Source of the DNA: Immundisolibacter sp.
Lineage (GTDB): Bacteria; Pseudomonadota; Gammaproteobacteria; Immundisolibacterales; Immundisolibacteraceae
DNA length: 42,290 nt
NCBI RefSeq assembly: GCF_028696615.1
Contig: NZ_JAQVGQ010000002.1
Location: 1 to 42,290 of the forward strand
Direction: 5' to 3'
The notes below the pieces were generated by a model. That model was not told the origin of the DNA, searched no databases, and worked only from the letters and a program-made list of their open reading frames with translations. Positions 31,319 through 40,649 of this stretch are shown piece after piece. Position 1 is the first letter of the stretch; each line of letters starts with the position of its first letter. The translations under genes and the position numbers were made by a program.

Positions 31319-31822
31319 ATGATCGATGCGGAAGGCTTTCGGGCAAACGTCGGCATCATTCTGGTCAACGATGCCGGGCGCGTGTTCTGGGGCAGGCGCG
31401 TCGGCCAGAACGCCTGGCAATTCCCGCAGGGTGGCATCAAGCACCACGAATCCCCGCAGCAGGCGCTGTTCCGGGAGTTGCACGAGGAAATCGGCCTGAC
31501 ACGCGGCGACGTCGAGATCCTTGGCGTCACCCGCGACTGGTTGCGCTACCTGATTCCGCGCCGCTACCTGCGGCGTGACAGGCCGCCCTGCATCGGCCAG
31601 AAGCAGCGCTGGTACCTGCTGCGCCTGACGGCCGGCGAGGAACGCATCCGCCTGGACGCCGACGACACGCCGGAGTTCGACGCCTGGCGCTGGGTGGATT
31701 ACTGGACCCCGCTGACGCAGATCGTCACCTTCAAACGCGAGGTCTACCGCCTGGCGCTGGAGGAACTCGCCGGCTGCCTGCCCCAGCAGCGAAGTCCGCA
31801 GCCGTTGCCGCAACGTGCCTGA
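31319..31822 (+). CDS. rppH: RNA pyrophosphohydrolase
   Basis: [22 protein letters not shown], Nudix box [22 protein letters not shown] and FKREVY motifs. Confidence 0.97.
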   Translation: MIDAEGFRANVGIILVNDAGRVFWGRRVGQNAWQFPQGGIKHHESPQQALFRELHEEIGLTRGDVEILGVTRDWLRYLIPRRYLRRDRPPCIGQKQRWYLLRLTAGEERIRLDADDTPEFDAWRWVDYWTPLTQIVTFKREVYRLALEELAGCLPQQRSPQPLPQRA

Positions 31823-32804
31823 ACAAGCGCACGCACCTACTGGCGCCGCGGCTGCGGCACGGCCCCGGCGGCGGCTGTGGCCCGCCCTGCTCGCGGTGCT
31901 GCTGCTGGCCGGCGTGCCGTTGGGGGCCGCCCTGCTGTGGCAACGCGTGTGGCTGCCGCTGCGCGCCGAGCTGGACGCCCAGCGGCGCGCGCAGGCCGAG
32001 CTTGGGCGGCGCCTCGACGCGCTCGAAACCTGGCAAAGCGTCGCCAGCGACGACCTGGCCGCGCTCGAGACGCACGGCCGCGAGCTTGCCGCACGCCTGG
32101 ACCAACTCGAACCGAGCCGCCTGACCGCCTGGGCGCTCGCCGAGGCCGATTACCTGCTGCGCAGCGCGCAGCGCGCAGTCGCCATCGACCACGACCCCGC
32201 GCGCGCCGCGCTGGCCTTGCGCCTGGCCAGCGCCAGCCTCGCGCCCGTGCCCGGCAGCGGTACGGCCAGGCGTGCCATCGACGCGGCGCGGTCCGCCTTG
32301 GAACAGGTGCAGATGCCCGACATCGACAGTCTGCGCAACGCGCTTGCCGGCGCGGCCGACACCCTTGCCGAGGCGCCACTGCGCGAACCGGGCGCCTCGC
32401 CGGCCGAGGTCACGCCCAGTGGCTGGCGCGGCGCCGTGAAACAGGCCTGGCAACAACTGGGCGAGGTGATCGTGGTGCAGCGCGTGGGCACGCCCGTGCA
32501 ACCGCTGCTGCGCCCGCACGAGACCGACTACCTGCGCCAGCAACTGGCGCTGAAGCTCGCCGCGGCCGACTATGCCCTGCAACGGCGCGATACCGAGGTT
32601 TTTCGGCGCCAATTGGCCGACCTGCGGACCTGGGCCACGGCCTACCTCGACACCACCGCTGCGACCACCGGCGCCGCGCTGGCCACGCTGGCGCGCCTGG
32701 CGGAGGTGGACCTGCAACCGCCGCTGCCGGACCTGTCCGGCCTGCACGCCGCACTGCCGACGCTACGCCAGGCGACACCGCCACCGGCGGACGGCGACCC
32801 ATGA
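31815..32804 (+). CDS. hemX: HemX-like membrane-anchored coiled-coil protein
   Basis: Single TM, coiled coil, [14 protein letters not shown]-x-P...YLRQQL; coupled to the hemY-like gene. Confidence 0.75.
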   Translation: MPEQAHAPTGAAAAARPRRRLWPALLAVLLLAGVPLGAALLWQRVWLPLRAELDAQRRAQAELGRRLDALETWQSVASDDLAALETHGRELAARLDQLEPSRLTAWALAEADYLLRSAQRAVAIDHDPARAALALRLASASLAPVPGSGTARRAIDAARSALEQVQMPDIDSLRNALAGAADTLAEAPLREPGASPAEVTPSGWRGAVKQAWQQLGEVIVVQRVGTPVQPLLRPHETDYLRQQLALKLAAADYALQRRDTEVFRRQLADLRTWATAYLDTTAATTGAALATLARLAEVDLQPPLPDLSGLHAALPTLRQATPPPADGDP

Positions 32805-34042
32805 GGCGTCTGCTGTGGCTGCTGCTGGCGGCCGCGGGCGGCGTGCTGGCAGCCGGCCTGGTGACCGCACAACCCGGCTATCTGCTGCTGGCCTGGGGCG
32901 ACTGGCGGGTCGAGATACGCAGCCTGCTGTTGGCGCTGATGCTCGTGCTGGTGCTGTTCCTGCTACTGCACTGGCTGCTCGGCAGCGCCGCCCGGGCTCG
33001 CCAGATGCTGTGGCGACGGCGCCTCGCCCGCCAGCTCGAACGGCGTGAACGGTCCGAAATGGACCTGGCGGCCGGTTTGCTGGCCCTGCTCGACGGCCAC
33101 CACGCGCAGGCACAAAAGCTGCTGCAGCGCAGCCGGCGCACGGCCGCCGCGCCCGCCATCCAGGCGCTGGCGCTGGCGCATCTGGCCAAGCTGCGCGGCG
33201 ATACGGCCACGCGCGAGCGCGAGTTCGCCGCCGCCAGCGCGGCGGCCCCGCAGGCGCAGGCGGCCATCGCCCGCCTGCAGGCGCAGGCGCAGCTCGACGC
33301 CGGCGATAGCCTGGCCGCGGCCGCCACCCTCAAAGCCGTGGCCGAGCACGACAGTCCGCGCCTGCTCGAGCTGCAGGCCAGGCTGTGTCGCGCCCGACGC
33401 GACTGGGCGGCCTTGCACGAGCTGCTGCCGCGACTGCGCCGCGCCGGGATCATCGACGGTACCGAGCTGGCGCGCCAGGAGGTGGATGTGGCCTGCGCGC
33501 GCCTGGCCGACAGCGAGGTGCCGGACCTGCTGTGGCCGCAACTGTCGCGGCGGCTGCGCCGCGACGGCGCCGTGCAGCTCGCCTATGCCGAAGCGCTGCG
33601 CCGGGCGGGGCGCCACGACGCGGCCCAGGAACGGCTCGCCGAATTGCTGCGCGACACCTGGCCGGCGGCGGCGATCGAACTGTTCGGGCATTACGCGGGC
33701 GACGATCCGCAGCGTTGGCTGACGCAGGCCGAGCAGTGGCTGGCCGACCATGCCGACGACCCGACGCTGCTACTGGCCGCCGGGCGACTGGCCCGGCGCG
33801 CCGGGCAGTGGGCGAAGGCGCGCGCCTACCTCGACAGCAGCCTGCTGCTCGCGCCGACCGCTCAAGCCCACCTGGAACTGGCGCAGCTGCTCGAGCAGAT
33901 GGGCCTGGCAGCAGACGCGGCGGAACACTACCGCGCCGGCTTGCGTGTGGCCGTGTCGGCGAGCACCCAGGCGCCTGCCGCCTTGACAGGTCGGGCGGCG
34001 GCTGCCGATGATCGAACCCATCTGCTACCGCACGAGGCCTGA
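32801..34042 (+). CDS. hemY: HemY-like (enterobacterial type) TM + TPR protein
   Basis: ATGA overlap with hemX; two N-terminal TMs with PGYLLLAWGDWRVE; AEQWL...LLLAAGRLA...WAKARAYL TPR region. Confidence 0.8.
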   Translation: MRRLLWLLLAAAGGVLAAGLVTAQPGYLLLAWGDWRVEIRSLLLALMLVLVLFLLLHWLLGSAARARQMLWRRRLARQLERRERSEMDLAAGLLALLDGHHAQAQKLLQRSRRTAAAPAIQALALAHLAKLRGDTATREREFAAASAAAPQAQAAIARLQAQAQLDAGDSLAAAATLKAVAEHDSPRLLELQARLCRARRDWAALHELLPRLRRAGIIDGTELARQEVDVACARLADSEVPDLLWPQLSRRLRRDGAVQLAYAEALRRAGRHDAAQERLAELLRDTWPAAAIELFGHYAGDDPQRWLTQAEQWLADHADDPTLLLAAGRLARRAGQWAKARAYLDSSLLLAPTAQAHLELAQLLEQMGLAADAAEHYRAGLRVAVSASTQAPAALTGRAAAADDRTHLLPHEA

Positions 34043-34048
34043 CCCGGC

Positions 34049-35329
34049 TTGGACCACGACTTACCCCTGGCGCTGCTGATCGCGGCGCTGATCGGGCTGG
34101 TTTTGCTGTCGGGTCTGTTCGCCGCCGCCGAGACGGCGCTGCTGTCCCTGAACCGCTACCGCCTGCGTCACCTGGTGCGTGCCGGTCACCCGGGCGCCCG
34201 GCGCGCCGACGCGCTGCTGCGCAAACCGGACCGCTTCATCGGCTTGGTGCAACTCGGCAACAACTTCTGCGACATCCTCGCCTCGAGTGCGGCCACGCTG
34301 ATCGCGCTGCAGGTGTGGGGCGAACAGGCGATCGCGCTGATGGCCGGCGTGTTGACCGTGTTCGCACTCATCTTCGGCGAGGTAGCGCCCAAGACGCTGG
34401 CCGCGCTGCATCCCGAACGGGTGGCGTTTCCCGCCGCCTACGCGCTGTCGGCGCTGATGTCGGTGCTGCTGCCGGTGGTGGTCAGCGTCAACGCCGTCGC
34501 CAACGGCGTGCTGCGCGCACTCGGCGTGCGCACCGACCACGCCGCGCCGGACACGCTGGGCCGCGAAGAGCTGCGCAGCCTGCTGTTCGAGGCAGGGCAC
34601 CATTTCTCGCCGCGTCATCGCAGCATGCTGCTGCGCATCCTCGATCTCGAGAGCGTGGTGGTCGAGGACGTGATGGTGCCGCGCAACGAGGTGCGTTATC
34701 TCGACCTCGACGACAGCTGGCCGGACCTGCTCGAGCAGCTACGCAACAGCCCGCACACGCGCCTGCCGGTGTGCCGCGGCTCGCTCGACCAGGTGCTGGG
34801 CATCCTGCACCTGCGGCGGGTGATGCACCTGCTGGCCGACGACGACTTCGACGTCGAGCGCCTGCAAAGCCTGCTGCAGGAACCCTACTACGTGCCCGAA
34901 GGCACCTCGCTCACGCAGCAGCTGCTGCAGTTCCAGTCCGGCCATGAACGCCTGGCCCTGGTGGTCAACGAATACGGCGACACCGTCGGCCTGATCACCG
35001 TCGAGGACATTCTGGGCGAGATCATCGGCGAGTTCAGCGACGTACCCGGTGCCATGAAAAGCGATGTGCATCCGCAGCCGGACGGCTCCTGCCTGGTGTC
35101 TGGCAGCGCCAGCGTGCGCGAGCTGAACCGCACCATGGGCTGGGACCTGCCGGTGACCGAGGCCAAGACGCTCAACGGCGCCATCCTCGAGCAGCTCGAG
35201 GACATCCCGACGCCGGCCACCAGCCTGCTGCTGGGCGACTACCCGGTCGAGATCGTGCAGACCCAAGGCAACGTGGTGCGCGTGGCGCGCATCGGCCCCA
35301 AGCTGAAACGCAGCAACGCCAACACGTGA
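34049..35329 (+). CDS. CNNM/HlyC/CorC family transporter (DUF21 + CBS pair + CorC)
   Basis: FAAAETALLSLNRYRL, GNN, FGEVAPKT, VMVPR, VVNEYG, EDILGEIIGEF and TLNG motifs; TTG start. Confidence 0.93.
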   Translation: MDHDLPLALLIAALIGLVLLSGLFAAAETALLSLNRYRLRHLVRAGHPGARRADALLRKPDRFIGLVQLGNNFCDILASSAATLIALQVWGEQAIALMAGVLTVFALIFGEVAPKTLAALHPERVAFPAAYALSALMSVLLPVVVSVNAVANGVLRALGVRTDHAAPDTLGREELRSLLFEAGHHFSPRHRSMLLRILDLESVVVEDVMVPRNEVRYLDLDDSWPDLLEQLRNSPHTRLPVCRGSLDQVLGILHLRRVMHLLADDDFDVERLQSLLQEPYYVPEGTSLTQQLLQFQSGHERLALVVNEYGDTVGLITVEDILGEIIGEFSDVPGAMKSDVHPQPDGSCLVSGSASVRELNRTMGWDLPVTEAKTLNGAILEQLEDIPTPATSLLLGDYPVEIVQTQGNVVRVARIGPKLKRSNANT

Positions 35330-35340
35330 CCTGTCGCAAG

Positions 35341-36084
35341 TCAGCGACGGCGGCCGACCAGCACTGACCGGCTGCCCGCCACCGCCACCAGCGCCAGCAC
35401 GATGGCCGCCCCGGCCGGCAGGTCCAGCAGCGCCGACGCCAGCAGCCCGAGCGCGTAGCCGGCGCCGCCGATGGCATAGGCCCACCCCGGCCGCCCGCCG
35501 GCCGCCAGCGCCGGCACGATCAGGCTGGCGAACACCAGATACACGCCGACCACCTGCACCGAAGCGGTGACGGTGACGGCGAACAACAGGTAGAAACCCA
35601 GCGGCGATTCCTTCAGGCGCAGCCCGAACCAGGCCGCCAGCACCAGGCCCGTCACCAGTGCCAGTGGCCACAAACCGCCCCAGGTGCTCCACAGGATCTG
35701 CCCGACCAGCAGCTCCTGCAGGTGCTCGCCGGCGTGCGGGTCGTGGCTCATCAGCACGATGGCCGTGCACGCCGCGGTGACGAAGCCGACGCCGATCAGC
35801 GCCTCCAGATGCTCGGGCGCGCGGCGCTCGAGCGCGCGCAGCAGCAGCGCGCCGGCCAGCGCCGCCAGCACGGCGGCGAGCTGCATGCGCCAACCGCCCA
35901 CCTCGAAGCCGAGCGCGCTGGCGACCACGATGCCGAGCCCGGCGAACTGCGCGATCGCCAGATCGATGAAGATGATCCCCCGCCGCAGCACCTCGCCGCC
36001 CAGCAGCACGTGGCTGGCGAGCACCAAAAGCCCCGCCGCGAAGGCCGGCAGCAGCAGGCCGAGGTCGACCGCGCCGAAACTCAC
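35341..36084 (-). CDS. Metal (Zn/Mn) ABC-3 family permease
   Basis: RRGIIFIDLAIAQ, EALIG, LLVGQIL and VGVYLVFASLIVPA motifs; GTGA overlap with the SBP gene. Confidence 0.88.
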   Translation of the reverse strand: MSFGAVDLGLLLPAFAAGLLVLASHVLLGGEVLRRGIIFIDLAIAQFAGLGIVVASALGFEVGGWRMQLAAVLAALAGALLLRALERRAPEHLEALIGVGFVTAACTAIVLMSHDPHAGEHLQELLVGQILWSTWGGLWPLALVTGLVLAAWFGLRLKESPLGFYLLFAVTVTASVQVVGVYLVFASLIVPALAAGGRPGWAYAIGGAGYALGLLASALLDLPAGAAIVLALVAVAGSRSVLVGRRR

Positions 36085-36980
36085 GGCGCGGCCGCCAGCA
36101 GGCGCGCGAGCGTCACGTCGAACAGCCCGAACAGGTCATCCGTGCCGGGCGCGCCGCCCACCGTGAACGGCAATTCCACGGCCGGGATGCCGGCTTTTTG
36201 CGACAACCACTCGGACGGCTGCGCCGACTGGTAGGCGGCGCGAAGAATCATCCGCGCCGGTCGCACCTTGAGCGTGTCCAGCAGTTCGGCCAGATGCGCC
36301 GCCGAGGGCTCGACGCCGGGCTTGGGTTCCAAATCGCCGACTTCGACCAGCCCCAGCCAGTCGGCCAGATAGGTGAAGCTTTTGTGGTGCACCACCACCG
36401 GCACGCCCTTCAGGCGCGCGCCCTGCGCCTCCCAGCGCGCGATGGCCGCCTGCCAGCGGTCCTGGAAATCGGCGTTGCGCTCGACATAGCGGCTGGCGTT
36501 GGCCGCATCGAGCTGCGCCAGGCGCTGCGCCAGCGCGGCGGCGATCCGCGCCACGCGGCGCGGATCGAGCTGCACGTGCGGGTTGCCGGCGGCATGCACG
36601 TCACCCTGGGCGCGGTCCAGACGGGCCGGCCGTTCGAGCAACATCACCTGCGCGCTCGCCTCGAAGTAACCCGCCTGGCCGGGCTGGATGCGGCCGTTGC
36701 CGGCCTGGCGCTGCAGCAGCGGCAGCCAGCCCATTTCCAGCTCGGCGCCGGTGCAGACCAGCAGATCCGCGCGCCGCGCCTTGGCCAGCAGCGACGGCCG
36801 CGCCTCGATGCGGTGCGGGTCCTGTAGCGCCGTGGTGGCCGAATCGACCTCGGCCAGATCGCCGGCCAGCTCGCGGGTCAGCGCCGCCCACTCGGGCTCG
36901 CAGGTCAGCACCCGCAGCGCGGCCTGCGCCGGCGCGATCAGCAGGAAGCTCATCAACGCAGACAGGAACAGGGTTCTCAT
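36081..36980 (-). CDS. Metal ABC substrate-binding protein (cluster A-I, ZnuA/TroA-like)
   Basis: Signal peptide; DPH, ADLLVCTGAELE, GDVH..GNPH, HHKSF and EPKPG.EPS..HL motifs; GGAG RBS. Confidence 0.9.
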   Translation of the reverse strand: MRTLFLSALMSFLLIAPAQAALRVLTCEPEWAALTRELAGDLAEVDSATTALQDPHRIEARPSLLAKARRADLLVCTGAELEMGWLPLLQRQAGNGRIQPGQAGYFEASAQVMLLERPARLDRAQGDVHAAGNPHVQLDPRRVARIAAALAQRLAQLDAANASRYVERNADFQDRWQAAIARWEAQGARLKGVPVVVHHKSFTYLADWLGLVEVGDLEPKPGVEPSAAHLAELLDTLKVRPARMILRAAYQSAQPSEWLSQKAGIPAVELPFTVGGAPGTDDLFGLFDVTLARLLAAAP

Positions 36981-36990
36981 GGTGATCTCC

Positions 36991-38400
36991 TCAGAACTGG
37001 TGGGCGCCGTGCGGGCCGAGGCTCAGGATGTATTGCAGGATGAACTGGTCGTCGGGGTCACCGCGTAACGCCTCGTCGCGGTTGAATTGCAGGCGAAAAC
37101 GCGAGAATTCCGACGGCGAGAAGTCGGTCATCAAGCTCCAGACCTGCGGGTGCCTGCTGTCGCCGTCCAGGCTCGCGGCATTCAGGCCAAAGTCGGTCGA
37201 ACCGCTCGACAGCCGGCTGTAGCGGGTGCCGATGCGCCAGCGCGGCATGAACTGGTACACCGCCTGCGCGTACCAGCCGGACTGGTCGCTGTCGTAGCCG
37301 TCCGTGACACCCAGACACGCGCCGCCCTCGGCGCTGTTGTCGGCGCAGCCGAGGCTGCCGTCCTCCTTGCGCTGGAAATACTCGGCGGCGAAGGTGAAAT
37401 TGCGCTGGCGCGGATTGCCATTCGGCGCCCATTTCCACACCGCATCGGCCAGCCAGGTCTTGGAGGTGCCCGAGAACTGGGTGAGCGCGTCGACGCCCGC
37501 GATATCCTCGATCCAGCCTTCGCGCTCGCGCGGCCGGGCGCGCACGTACGAGAGACCCGCCCGCCAGCTGTTGGACGCGCCGACGTCGCCACCCACGTGA
37601 CCGAACGCCGCCCAGGAACCGATGCCGTTCTTGTCGCCGCCCGCATCCGAGCCCGGGAAATGCTGGCCCTTGGCGGCCTCGGCACCGAACTCGAGGAACA
37701 GCTCGGTCGGCGCCAGCCAGCGCACCTGCACGCCGTCCTGCAGCAGGTGCTCGCCGAACAGCGCCTCGTAGACCAGGTTGTTGTCGGCGAAGTCCCAGGC
37801 GTGCGGGTGTTTTTCGTTCTGATAGCCGATGCCGGACACGAAACGCCCGCCTTTCACCGTCAGGCCATGGCCGAGCTGCAGGCTTTGGAACCAGGCCTCC
37901 TCGACCTCCACCTCGTCGTTGTTGAACACCAGATCGAGGTAGCCGCGCAGGTACGGGTCGACGTTGGCGCTCATGACGAGCTCGCTGTCGTCCAGCGTGA
38001 AGCCGCGTTCAACCGACTCGTAAGCGCCGTCGGTCGGCATGAAGCCGCTGATCGGCCGCGGCCGGCCGGCGCGGTCGATGTAGGCGCCCTGCAGGATCAG
38101 CGAGATGTCGGGGTTGAAGGCGCTTGACGGCGGCGGCGGTGGCGGCGCCGCCTGGGCGGTCTGCTCGGCAGTGACGGCGGCGGTCTGCGCCGTCACCTGC
38201 GCCTGGCCGGCCTGCACCTCGGCCGCCTGCACGCGGCTTTCGAGGGCCTTCAGACGCGCCTCGTAATCGGCCTGCAAGGCTTTGACTTTCTGATCGAACT
38301 CGGCGCGCAGCGCGTCGAGCTCCTGCGGCTGCGGGGCAGCCAGAACCGGCGAGGCGAGCACCGACAGTGCCGCCACGGCCAATACCGGACGAATGGACAT
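36991..38400 (-). CDS. Putative metal-uptake outer-membrane beta-barrel with N-terminal coiled coil and C-terminal GPHGAHQF tail
   Basis: Signal peptide, coiled coil, poly-Pro linker, FNPDISLIL, HPHAWDF, alternating beta-strands and terminal Phe; GGGAG RBS; directly upstream of the SBP gene. Confidence 0.8.
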   Translation of the reverse strand: MSIRPVLAVAALSVLASPVLAAPQPQELDALRAEFDQKVKALQADYEARLKALESRVQAAEVQAGQAQVTAQTAAVTAEQTAQAAPPPPPPSSAFNPDISLILQGAYIDRAGRPRPISGFMPTDGAYESVERGFTLDDSELVMSANVDPYLRGYLDLVFNNDEVEVEEAWFQSLQLGHGLTVKGGRFVSGIGYQNEKHPHAWDFADNNLVYEALFGEHLLQDGVQVRWLAPTELFLEFGAEAAKGQHFPGSDAGGDKNGIGSWAAFGHVGGDVGASNSWRAGLSYVRARPREREGWIEDIAGVDALTQFSGTSKTWLADAVWKWAPNGNPRQRNFTFAAEYFQRKEDGSLGCADNSAEGGACLGVTDGYDSDQSGWYAQAVYQFMPRWRIGTRYSRLSSGSTDFGLNAASLDGDSRHPQVWSLMTDFSPSEFSRFRLQFNRDEALRGDPDDQFILQYILSLGPHGAHQF

Positions 38401-38475
38401 GCGAGAACTCCCGTGATGGTCCCGACAGTGGGACCCGAGCACAAGCAACCGCGAGGCGGCCGCCAGCAAGATGTG

Positions 38476-38832
38476 TCAGGCCACCGCCAGCGGCGGCGCG
38501 CGCACCTGGTACGGGAGGGACGAGACGGGAACATCGATCGCTATCGGCTGCACGCCGGCAACGACATCGGCATCGATTGCCACGCAGACCACCGGCGCCG
38601 AGGGCGCCACTGCACCGTCGGCACCGGCAAAGGCGACGCACATGACGCACACGGCATGTGTCGGCAGTGCCGGACCGTCAGTGCTGGCATCGAAAAGGTG
38701 GGCCAGTGCATGGCGCATAGCCGTCGCCTGCCACCCAAGCAGCAGCGCCAGCAGCAGCGACAAGCCAAGCCGCCGGGCCCAAAGCCCGCGTCGCGAGTGG
38801 CAGCGCGTGAAAGCGAAAACCCCGGCAGTCAT
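38476..38832 (-). CDS. DUF2946-like leader protein (hydrophobic segment, CxxC, C-terminal RAPP arrest motif)
   Basis: LGLSLLLALLLGW hydrophobic stretch, HALAH, HAVCVMC (CxxC at 38638-38649) and YQVRAPP (RAPP at 38491-38502); stop is 75 nt upstream of the porin start. Confidence 0.8.
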   Translation of the reverse strand: MTAGVFAFTRCHSRRGLWARRLGLSLLLALLLGWQATAMRHALAHLFDASTDGPALPTHAVCVMCVAFAGADGAVAPSAPVVCVAIDADVVAGVQPIAIDVPVSSLPYQVRAPPLAVA

Positions 38833-38910
38833 GGGCGAATCATCCCACAGGATGATGGCCGCAATGGTCGAGGTGGGATTCCCCGACTGCGCCGCATCCC
38901 ACCGCGACGG

Positions 38911-39627
38911 TCATAAGCTGCCAGCCAGCACCACACCGACCCCCAGCAGCAGCACCAGCAGTTGCTCCGCAAAGTCGGTGCCGCGCCGCTCGCGCTGCAA
39001 CAGCGGCACCAGGTCGGCGGTGGCGAGATACAGAAAACTGGCCGCCGCCAACGCCAGCAGGTAGGGTACGGCGCCGGTCACCGCCTGCAGCGCCGCGAAT
39101 CCAATCACACCGCCGGCCACCATGGCGGCGCCGGACAGCGCATTCAGCGCCAAGGCCCGGGGACGGCTTACGCCGACCGCCAGCAACACCATGAAGTCGC
39201 CGATCTCCTGCGGGATTTCGTGCGCGATCACCGCCGCCGCCGTGGTCATTCCCAGCAGCGGATCCTGCAGAAAGGCGGCCGCCAGCAACACGCCATCGAC
39301 GAAGTTGTGCACGCCGTCGCCGAGCACGATCAGGGTTGCCGTGGCGTCACTGCCGCCGCCGTGGTCGTGCCGCCACAGCGCGAGCTTCTCCAGAAAGAAA
39401 AAGCCGAGCAGCCCTGCCAGCAGCACGCCGCCCACACGCGGCGCCGACAGCTCCGCGAGCGCTTCCGGCAGCAGTTCGAGCAACGCCGCGGCGAGCAGCA
39501 CGCCCACCGCGAAGCCCACCAGCTTGCCGGCGATCCGCCGCAGCACGGTCATCGACAGCAACGCGGCGATCAGCACCGACAGCACCCCGCCGGCCAAGGT
39601 CGCACCCAGAATGGTCAACAAGGTCAT
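38911..39627 (-). CDS. ZIP-family metal transporter
   Basis: FAVGVLL, ELLPEA, HDH loop, GDGVHNFVDG and HEIPQEIGD binuclear-site motifs; ATGA overlap with the upstream COG0523 gene. Confidence 0.93.
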   Translation of the reverse strand: MTLLTILGATLAGGVLSVLIAALLSMTVLRRIAGKLVGFAVGVLLAAALLELLPEALAELSAPRVGGVLLAGLLGFFFLEKLALWRHDHGGGSDATATLIVLGDGVHNFVDGVLLAAAFLQDPLLGMTTAAAVIAHEIPQEIGDFMVLLAVGVSRPRALALNALSGAAMVAGGVIGFAALQAVTGAVPYLLALAAASFLYLATADLVPLLQRERRGTDFAEQLLVLLLGVGVVLAGSL

Positions 39628-40610
39628 GCCCGATCTCCGGTGGCGATGGCGACGAATGCCCGTAGCGCGTGTTCGAGACGCGCCGCCGGCGCCGGGTCGA
39701 TCAGCACCAGCCGGGCACCTGTGCCGTCGGCCGGCCATGTCAGCAGGGACACCGGCGCGTCGAGTCCGGCCGGCACACCGTGCAGTGCAAACGGTCCCGC
39801 TTCGCCGTGCAGGGCGACGATGCCCTTCAGGCGCAGTGGTGGCCCGGGCAGTTCCGCACACAGCGCCCGCCAGCCGGCGGCCAGCAAGCGACGCTGCAGA
39901 GGCCGGCCGGGCATCACCGCGTGGCTGTGATGGGCCGGTGCGGCTGACTCGGGCTCAACGAAGCACCACGACGCGCGTGCGGCGGGCCCAAGCAGCCAGT
40001 CTGCCGCCACGGCGCCGGCGGCAGCCGGCATGCAAGGCGCGGTCGGATTCAGACGCCGCAGGCGCGCTTCGACGGCCTGCAAGCCGGCCGTGCTCAGGCA
40101 GTCGGCACGGCTGATCAACAGCCGGTCGGCCAACGCCACCTGGCGCTCGAACAGCGAGTTGCCGGCGAGATCGGTGCGGCTGCCATCCACCACGCACGCC
40201 ACGCCCGCCACCCGGTAACGCGCCGCCAGCCAGCGGCTTGCCGTCAGCGTTTCGAGCAGCGGTGCCGGATCGGCCACGCCGGATGCCTCTATCACGACTG
40301 CCCGCAACTGCCTTGGCGCGCCACCGGCCGGCCCCAGCCACAGGTTCCGCAGCACGGGCGCCAGCGAGTCTTTGATGTCACAACACACACAGCCGCCGCC
40401 CAGCACCGCCAGCTCGCCGGCACGCCCACGCAGCAGTGCCTGATCGACCGGCCGCGCACCGAACTCGTTGATCAGCACGGCGATCCCGCTAGACTGGCCG
40501 AGCAGATGGTTGAGCACGGTGGTCTTGCCGGCGCCGAGAAAGCCAACCAGCAGCGTCACCGGCAGCCGTTGGGAAGTCGCCCCGTCAGGTGCCAAACCAC
40601 TGCCTGCCAT
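39624..40610 (-). CDS. COG0523/CobW-family metal-chaperone GTPase (divergent paralog)
   Basis: GFLGAGKTT, NEFG, GCVCC, EASG, RLKG; G4 motif reads SRAD; AAGGAG RBS before ATG 40610. Confidence 0.85.
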   Translation of the reverse strand: MAGSGLAPDGATSQRLPVTLLVGFLGAGKTTVLNHLLGQSSGIAVLINEFGARPVDQALLRGRAGELAVLGGGCVCCDIKDSLAPVLRNLWLGPAGGAPRQLRAVVIEASGVADPAPLLETLTASRWLAARYRVAGVACVVDGSRTDLAGNSLFERQVALADRLLISRADCLSTAGLQAVEARLRRLNPTAPCMPAAAGAVAADWLLGPAARASWCFVEPESAAPAHHSHAVMPGRPLQRRLLAAGWRALCAELPGPPLRLKGIVALHGEAGPFALHGVPAGLDAPVSLLTWPADGTGARLVLIDPAPAARLEHALRAFVAIATGDRA

Positions 40611-40649
40611 TGCGCACTCCTTCATTGATTACTCGTCGGCGCGCACGCC

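Noticed and set aside
36991-38400. TonB-dependent receptor call
   Set aside because: Too short, with no recognisable TonB box or plug domain; called a porin-like barrel instead.
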